From Armatimonadota bacterium (GTDB taxonomy: Bacteria > Sysuimicrobiota > Sysuimicrobiia > Sysuimicrobiales > VGFF01), in NCBI GenBank assembly GCA_016868955.1, contig VGFF01000001.1, positions 1 to 41,081 on the forward strand: DNA of 41,081 nt. Reading direction: 5' to 3'. The notes under the pieces were generated by a model. The model saw nothing but the letters and a program-made list of their open reading frames with translations, searched no databases and was not told where the DNA came from. Made by a program: the position numbers and the translations under genes. Shown in pieces: positions 36,666 through 41,081 of this stretch (position 1 is the first letter of the stretch; the number at the start of each line of letters is the position of its first letter).

Positions 36666-39047
36666 GTGTCGCTAGCTTTGGCTGATCGCGTTCCGCCCCA
36701 GAATCTCGAAGCGGAGATGGGCGCCCTCGGGTCGATGCTGCTCGATCGCGATGCGATCGCGCGCATTGTCGAGCTGTTGCAGCCGTCCGACCTTTACCGA
36801 GATGCGCACCGTTTGATCTTCGAGACGATCGTCGGGTTGTTCGAGCGCGGTCAACCCGTCGACCTGATCACCGTTACCGATCGGCTGCGCGATGCCGGCC
36901 GCCTCGAGGATGTCGGCGGCGCGGGATACATCGCGGCGCTGCTGAACAGCGTACCGACGGCCGCCAACGCCGAGTACTACGCGAAGATCGTCCTTCAGAA
37001 GTCAATGCTCCGGCAGCTCATCCACGCGGGCACGAAGATCGCGCACCTTGGCTACGAAGGCGAGGAGGACGTCGAAGTCCTCGTCGATCGCGCCGAGAAG
37101 CTCGTGTTCGGCATCGCCCAGCGGCGCACGACAGTCGATTTCCAACCCGTGCGCGATATCTTGAAGGAAACGATGGAGCGCCTCGATGCGGGGTTCGATC
37201 GAGGCACTATCACCGGTGTGCCGACCGGCTTCAAGGAGCTCGACGAGATGACCGGAGGCCTGCAGTACGGGGACCTCGCCATCGTCGCGGCGCGCCCCTC
37301 CATGGGGAAATGCCTGAAGCACGACGCGCTGATCACTGATACGCGCACAGGCGATGTCCGCACGATCGAGGAGATCGTGCGCGCGAAGGACGTGCGCCTG
37401 CTCAGCCTGGATGACCGCGCACGGCTCCGGGAACGCACTCCGTCCGCGTACGTCGACGATGGCGTCAAGCCGGTCTTTCGCGTCCGCACCGCCGTGGGGC
37501 GTCAGGTAGAAACGACGGTCACACACCCGTTCCTCACCCCCGACGGGTGGAAGCCGCTCGCGCACCTCCGGGTCGGCCACTACATCGCTGTGCCCGCGCG
37601 CGTGCCGGTCTTCGGAACGCTGGACTTGCTGTCGTACAAGGTCCGGCTCGTCGCCTATCTGGCCATGGGAAGACTCCCCGCCGATCCGGAGGTGAGCCGC
37701 GACTTCCTCGACGCCGCGACGGCGGCCGCCGCGGTGCGCGCCGCTGTCAGGGCTCCTGTGGCCGCAGGCACAGCCGCCGAATCGAACGGCCCTCTACCCG
37801 TTCTCTTGCCGATCCCGCCGAGCGGCGATGCCGAGCTCGCGCAGCAGACTGTCGCGGACATCGCGCGCGAGTTCTCGGAGCTGGAAGCGCCCGAGTCGGC
37901 AAGGCGGCTGCCCCGGATCGTCTTCCAACTCAACCGCTCCAAGGTGTGCGTCCTGCTCAATCGGTTGCTGGCCTGCGGCGCTCGCTGGGAAGGCGAGGAG
38001 GCGGCGACGCCGATCGTCGTCGACTTTCCGTCCGCCACCCTGGCGCGGCAGGTTCAGCACCTGCTCCTGCGCCTTGGCGTCGTCGCGGCGTGGGACGGCG
38101 AGGCGCGGCTCGAGTTGCGCCGAGAGGCGTCCATCAAGTTGCTGCAAACGTCGGGTATCTTCGGCTGGGACAAGCTTCGCCAGTGGGCGCGGTTCGCATC
38201 GACGATGCTGCTTGAGGAGTCGGATATCCTGTGGGATACGATCGTGTCGATCGAGCACATCGGCGGTCATCAGGTCTACGACTTGACGGTGCCCGACGTG
38301 CACAACTTCGTGGCGAACGACGTCTGCGTGCACAACACGACGTTCTGCTTGAACATCGCGCAGTACGCCGCCGTCCACCATCAGCTTCCGATCGCCGTTT
38401 TCTCCTTGGAGACGAGCAAGGAGCAGCTCGTACAGCGCATGTTGTGCGCGGAAGCCGGCGTCGACGGCCAACGCATGCGACGGGGATTTCTTTCGGAGAT
38501 GGACTGGCGGCGCATCGCGCGCGCCATGGGGGTATTGAGCGAAGCACCCGTCTACATCGACGATTCGGCGAATCTGTCGGTCATCGAGCTGCGCGCGAAG
38601 GCGCGCAAGCTCAAGGCCGAGCACGGTCTGTCGTTGATCATCATCGACTACGTCCAGTTGATCCAATCGTACAAACGCAATGAGAACCGGACGCAAGAGC
38701 TCAGCGAGATCGCGCGCGGGATCAAATCTCTGGCCAAGGAGCTACATGTCCCGATCATCGCGATCTCCCAGTTGTCGCGGGCCGTGGAGGCGCGGGAGTC
38801 CAAGATCCCGATGTTGTCGCACCTTCGCGAGAGCGGCGAGTTGGAGCAAATCGCGGATCTCGTCATGATGCTGTATCGCGAGGACTACTACGATCAAGAC
38901 CGTGCCCGCAAGGAAGGGAAAGAGAACACGGCGATGCTGCGCATCGCCAAACATCGCAACGGACCGACGGACGACATCGAGTTGTTCTTCCACAAAGAAC
39001 ATTCCCGGTTCGCGAGCCTCGACAAGAAGCACGCCGCGGGTGCTTAG
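36666..39047 (+). CDS. dnaB: Replicative DNA helicase DnaB, intein-containing precursor
   Basis: The N-terminal domain has PPQNLEAEMGALGSML. The Walker A motif ARPSMGK|...|TTF is split by the insert. Downstream are IIIDYVQL, ISQLSRAVE and LRESGELEQIADLV. Exteins total 451 aa. Confidence 0.95.
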   Translation: MSLALADRVPPQNLEAEMGALGSMLLDRDAIARIVELLQPSDLYRDAHRLIFETIVGLFERGQPVDLITVTDRLRDAGRLEDVGGAGYIAALLNSVPTAANAEYYAKIVLQKSMLRQLIHAGTKIAHLGYEGEEDVEVLVDRAEKLVFGIAQRRTTVDFQPVRDILKETMERLDAGFDRGTITGVPTGFKELDEMTGGLQYGDLAIVAARPSMGKCLKHDALITDTRTGDVRTIEEIVRAKDVRLLSLDDRARLRERTPSAYVDDGVKPVFRVRTAVGRQVETTVTHPFLTPDGWKPLAHLRVGHYIAVPARVPVFGTLDLLSYKVRLVAYLAMGRLPADPEVSRDFLDAATAAAAVRAAVRAPVAAGTAAESNGPLPVLLPIPPSGDAELAQQTVADIAREFSELEAPESARRLPRIVFQLNRSKVCVLLNRLLACGARWEGEEAATPIVVDFPSATLARQVQHLLLRLGVVAAWDGEARLELRREASIKLLQTSGIFGWDKLRQWARFASTMLLEESDILWDTIVSIEHIGGHQVYDLTVPDVHNFVANDVCVHNTTFCLNIAQYAAVHHQLPIAVFSLETSKEQLVQRMLCAEAGVDGQRMRRGFLSEMDWRRIARAMGVLSEAPVYIDDSANLSVIELRAKARKLKAEHGLSLIIIDYVQLIQSYKRNENRTQELSEIARGIKSLAKELHVPIIAISQLSRAVEARESKIPMLSHLRESGELEQIADLVMMLYREDYYDQDRARKEGKENTAMLRIAKHRNGPTDDIELFFHKEHSRFASLDKKHAAGA
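37311..38336 (+). mobile_element. DnaB intein (342 aa) inserted in the P-loop, with a degenerate LAGLIDADG-type endonuclease domain
   Basis: The intein starts CLKHDALI (Cys1). It has block B TVTHPFL, block F VYDLTVPDVHNFVAND and block G VCVHN, followed by Thr+1. The central region keeps HEN-like landmarks (VRLVAYLAMGRL, VCVLLNRLLACGARW, QVQHLLLRLGV), but the usual acidic residues are replaced. Confidence 0.9.
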
Positions 39048-39076
39048 AACGGCCCGCCCGAGGCCGTCCGGCGCCG

Positions 39077-39119
39077 TCGATTGTCCGCGTCGCGGCAATG
39101 CCGCGACGCGGACAATCGA
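39077..39119. repeat. Perfect 20-bp inverted repeat (hairpin) 30 nt after the dnaB stop
   Basis: The sequence is TCGATTGTCCGCGTCGCGGC-AAT-GCCGCGACGCGGACAATCGA. No clear T-tract follows. Base composition drops sharply just after it. Confidence 0.7.
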
Positions 39120-39150
39120 AGGTAGAGTTTGTCGTCGGCACCGATATCAA

Positions 39151-39386
39151 GTGAAAGGTCAGCCCAATATCCCAGCTATAAAGCAAGCTCTTGAAGTGTA
39201 TGACTTTAAAAACGCTAATCCCAAGATGAAGCTCTGGGAGATTGGGAACGCAATACCCAAGCTACAAATGGGAAATAAAATCAAACCAGGGGATACAGAG
39301 AGCGAAATAGCCGATAAGAAGAATGTACTGGCTGCTACAGTAAGTCGATATCTACGAAGGGCGGAAGAATCAATACAAAAACCCCC
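39151..39386 (+). CDS. AT-rich foreign small ORF with a putative HTH; its 3' end is clipped by the IS element
   Basis: From GTG 39151 the product is VKGQPNIPAIKQALEVYDFKNANPKMKLWEIGNAIPKLQMGNKIKPGDTESEIADKKNVLAATVSRYLRRAEESIQKPP. It is conspicuously AT-rich relative to all flanking genes. The reading frame runs into the IS terminal repeat. Confidence 0.4.
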
Positions 39387-39420
39387 TGACCAGCCCCCAT
39401 CGAGTGATCCAGGTGGAATT

Positions 39421-40260
39421 TTAGTGAGCCATCGCAGCCGCGCCGGCTCCTGAGCTGATCAGGGACTTTGCCAATGGCACCGTCTCTGGGGCTGGCGGCC
39501 GGTAGCCCAGCGCGGAATGCGGCCGTACCCGGTTGTAGTGCCGGCGCCATGCCTCGCTCAGCACCTGCGCCTCCCGCAGCGTGTTGAACACCTCGCCGTT
39601 CAGCAGTTCGTCGCGCAGCTTGCCGTTGAAGCTCTCGACGTAGCCGTTCTCCCACGGGCTCGCCTTCTCGATGTAGGCAGTGCGTGCACCCACGCCGGCG
39701 ATCCAAGCCTTCACCGCCTCGGCGATGAACTCCGGCCCCTGGTCCGAGCGGATATGCGCGGGCGTCCCGTGTGCGAGGAACAGGTCGGCCAGCACGTCGA
39801 TCACGTCCGACGAGGTCAGCCTCCGTCCTACGCGGATCGCCAGCGCCTCACGCGTGAACTCGTCCACCACGCACAGCATCCGGAACTTCCGCCCGTCCCG
39901 CGTCCGATCCTCGACGAAGTCGTAGGCCCAGACATGGTTCGCCCGCTCCGGCCGCAGCCGGAGGCACGACCCATCCGCCAGCCACAGCCTGCCGCGTTTC
40001 GGCTGCCGCTGCGGCACTTTCAGCCTCTCCAGACGCCAGATCCGCTCCACCCGCTTGCGGTTCACAGGCCAGCCCGCCCGCCGCAGCGACGCCGTGATCC
40101 GGCGATATTCGTATCGCCCGTAGCGCTTCGCCAGCTCGATGATGTCGGCCGTCAGTCGGGCCTCGTCGTCCGCTCCGCGCGGCACCTTCCGCTGCGTCGA
40201 GCGGTGCTGCCCCAGCACCGCGCAGGCTCTGCGCTCGGAGATCCCGATCTCGCGCACCAC
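39421..40260 (-). CDS. IS3-family transposase OrfB (DDE / rve integrase core)
   Basis: The sequence HVWAYDFV...CVVDEFTREAL...IRSDQGPEF...ENGYVESFNGKLRDE carries the DDE triad context. The frame is open upstream to the slippery site. Confidence 0.9.
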   Translation of the reverse strand: MVREIGISERRACAVLGQHRSTQRKVPRGADDEARLTADIIELAKRYGRYEYRRITASLRRAGWPVNRKRVERIWRLERLKVPQRQPKRGRLWLADGSCLRLRPERANHVWAYDFVEDRTRDGRKFRMLCVVDEFTREALAIRVGRRLTSSDVIDVLADLFLAHGTPAHIRSDQGPEFIAEAVKAWIAGVGARTAYIEKASPWENGYVESFNGKLRDELLNGEVFNTLREAQVLSEAWRRHYNRVRPHSALGYRPPAPETVPLAKSLISSGAGAAAMAH

Positions 40261-40292
40261 ATGCTCGACGCAGGCCCGGCGCCGCGCGGGGC

Positions 40293-40574
40293 TCAGTATT
40301 TTCCCGAGGCGGCTTCCTTCAGGATGACCTTCTCCAGCGTCAGGTCAGAGACCGCCTTGCGCAGCCGCGCGTTCTCACGCTCGAGTTCCTTCAGCCGCTT
40401 CACCTGGTCCAGCTTCAACCCGCCGAACTCCGCCCGCCAGCGATAGTACGTCGGCTCCGTCACGCCGATCGCTCGCACCGCATCGGCCACCGTCTTGCCC
40501 TGGCCGACCAGCACCTCCGCCTGCCGCAACTTCGCGACAATTTCCTCAGGCGTGTGCGCCTTCTTCCGCCCCAT
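40293..40574 (-). CDS. IS3-family transposase OrfA (HTH plus leucine zipper)
   Basis: The product is MGRKKAHTPEEIVAKLRQAEVL..GKTVADAVRAIGVTEPTYYRWRAEFGGLKLDQVKRLKELERENARLRKAV. Confidence 0.9.
   Translation of the reverse strand: MGRKKAHTPEEIVAKLRQAEVLVGQGKTVADAVRAIGVTEPTYYRWRAEFGGLKLDQVKRLKELERENARLRKAVSDLTLEKVILKEAASGKY
40299..40305 (-). other. Programmed -1 ribosomal frameshift heptamer G GGA AAA joining orfA to orfB
   Basis: The orfA zero frame reads tcG GGA AAA tac TGA. After a -1 slip it reads GGG AAA ATA CTG AGC CCC..., giving GKILSPARRRACVEHVVREIGISERRAC, which is the orfB frame. Confidence 0.6.
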
Positions 40575-40670
40575 CCCCCATTCGTTGCCGCCCGACTACA
40601 TCACCGGCGGACTACTTCTAGGGGGGCAGGCCAGCGGCGACAATAGCCAATTCGAGCAAAACTGAGATTT

Positions 40671-40745
40671 GGCTGGGGGGGAAGGATTCGAACCTTCGAC
40701 CTTCGGGTCCAAAGCCCGACGTCCTACCGCTAGACGACCCCCCAG
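40671..40745 (-). tRNA. tRNA-Gln (anticodon UUG), CCA encoded
   Basis: The reverse complement folds as a cloverleaf: UGGGGGG-UC-GUCU..GGAC-G-UCGGG-CUUUGGA-CCCGA-AGGUC-GAAGG-UUCGAAU-CCUUC-CCCCCCA-G-CCA. It has the U1-A72 pair and overall similarity to E. coli tRNA-Gln. Confidence 0.9.
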
Positions 40746-40791
40746 CGTCCTTTCATTGTAGCGACTGGCGCAACGGAAGCGCTCCCGTGCT

Positions 40792-41081
40792 TCAACACGG
40801 CCTCCGCGTTCGACGCCTAAGCGAACAGTCGCGAACGAATCCCTCGTGCGCCATCAGCCAACGTTTGCGTTCCAGGCCGCCGCCGTAGCCGACGAGGCGA
40901 CCGTCGGCGCCGATCGCGCGGTGGCACGGCACGACGATCGCGATCGGGTTGGCGCCATTCGCCGCGCCGACCGCGCGCACGGCGTCCGGTCGGCGAAGCC
41001 AACGGGCGACGTCGCCGTAGCTTGCCGTCGCGCCATACGGGATCCGCATCAACGCGTTCCAGACCTGCTGCTGGAATGGCA
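40792..41081 (-). CDS. ogt: Methylated-DNA--protein-cysteine methyltransferase (Ogt/MGMT), 5'-partial at the window edge
   Basis: The sequence [65 protein letters not shown] carries the PCHR active site. The frame is open to base 41081. Confidence 0.85.
   Translation of the reverse strand, partial: PFQQQVWNALMRIPYGATASYGDVARWLRRPDAVRAVGAANGANPIAIVVPCHRAIGADGRLVGYGGGLERKRWLMAHEGFVRDCSLRRRTRRPC

Larger units (their letters stand above)
39387..40634 (-). mobile_element. IS3-family insertion sequence (about 1.25 kb)
   Basis: orfA and orfB are arranged for a -1 frameshift. The imperfect terminal inverted repeats are TGACCAGCCCCC... (39387 onward) and ...GGGGGGCAGGCCA (ending 40634), giving the TG...CA termini typical of IS3. 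No target-site duplication was found. Confidence 0.7.

Noticed and set aside
32498-39119. The possibility that the ssb-rpsR palindrome and the post-dnaB hairpin belong to one REP-like repeat family
   Set aside because: They share only the short TCGATT/AATCGA element. It is terminal in the post-dnaB hairpin but central in the ssb-rpsR palindrome, and the stems are otherwise unrelated. Two instances are not enough to define a family.
39384-40637. A target-site duplication flanking the IS3 element
   Set aside because: The flanks (…AAAAACCCCC | … | GCGGCGACAA…) share no 3-5 bp direct repeat under any of the boundary choices I tried. No TSD is therefore claimed and the boundaries remain approximate.

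Overview
This is a high-GC bacterial chromosomal segment, densely coded and mostly housekeeping. All calls come from reading the sequence and from remembered family motifs; no BLAST, HMM or RNA-folding run was possible. Start codons are the least certain coordinates.

Gene order, left to right:
- Selenium and redox block: selD (a selenoprotein with an in-frame UGA), a divergent LysR regulator, a shortened archease-like ORF, serS, a TPR protein, an M50/CBS protease, trxA, a small membrane protein and trxB.
- A decayed stretch at 8.1-9.5 kb: a J-domain-like gene with YPD in place of HPD, broken reading frames, and a cupredoxin with two in-frame stops. An HpcH-type aldolase and a 53-aa cupredoxin relic follow it.
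- A partial System I cytochrome c maturation operon (ccmG-like, ccmF, ccmH, plus an unknown secreted protein).
- An antisense SnoaL-like gene, then csoR-copA-copZ.
- A roughly 7 kb heat-shock unit, hspR-hsp20-dnaK-grpE-(disrupted dnaJ/cbpA-like)-clpB.
- An MFS transporter, a thioredoxin-like protein and a membrane-fused spermidine-synthase-like protein.
- A Firmicutes-style core block: DUF951-ychF-rpsF-ssb-rpsR-yybS-like-rplI-Lon-like protease-dnaB.
- An AT-rich island remnant with an IS3-family element beside tRNA-Gln, then a partial ogt.

The signals the ORF track does not explain are:
1. Selenocysteine recoding in selD, with a SECIS-like hairpin.
2. A 342-aa intein splitting the DnaB Walker A motif, carrying a degenerate LAGLIDADG domain.
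3. Nonsense and frameshift lesions confined to a few genes, while all long essential genes are intact.
4. An IS3 orfAB with a GGGAAAA -1 frameshift site.
5. Several long perfect palindromes and operator-like repeats.

No rRNA, CRISPR array or recognisable defence system was seen.
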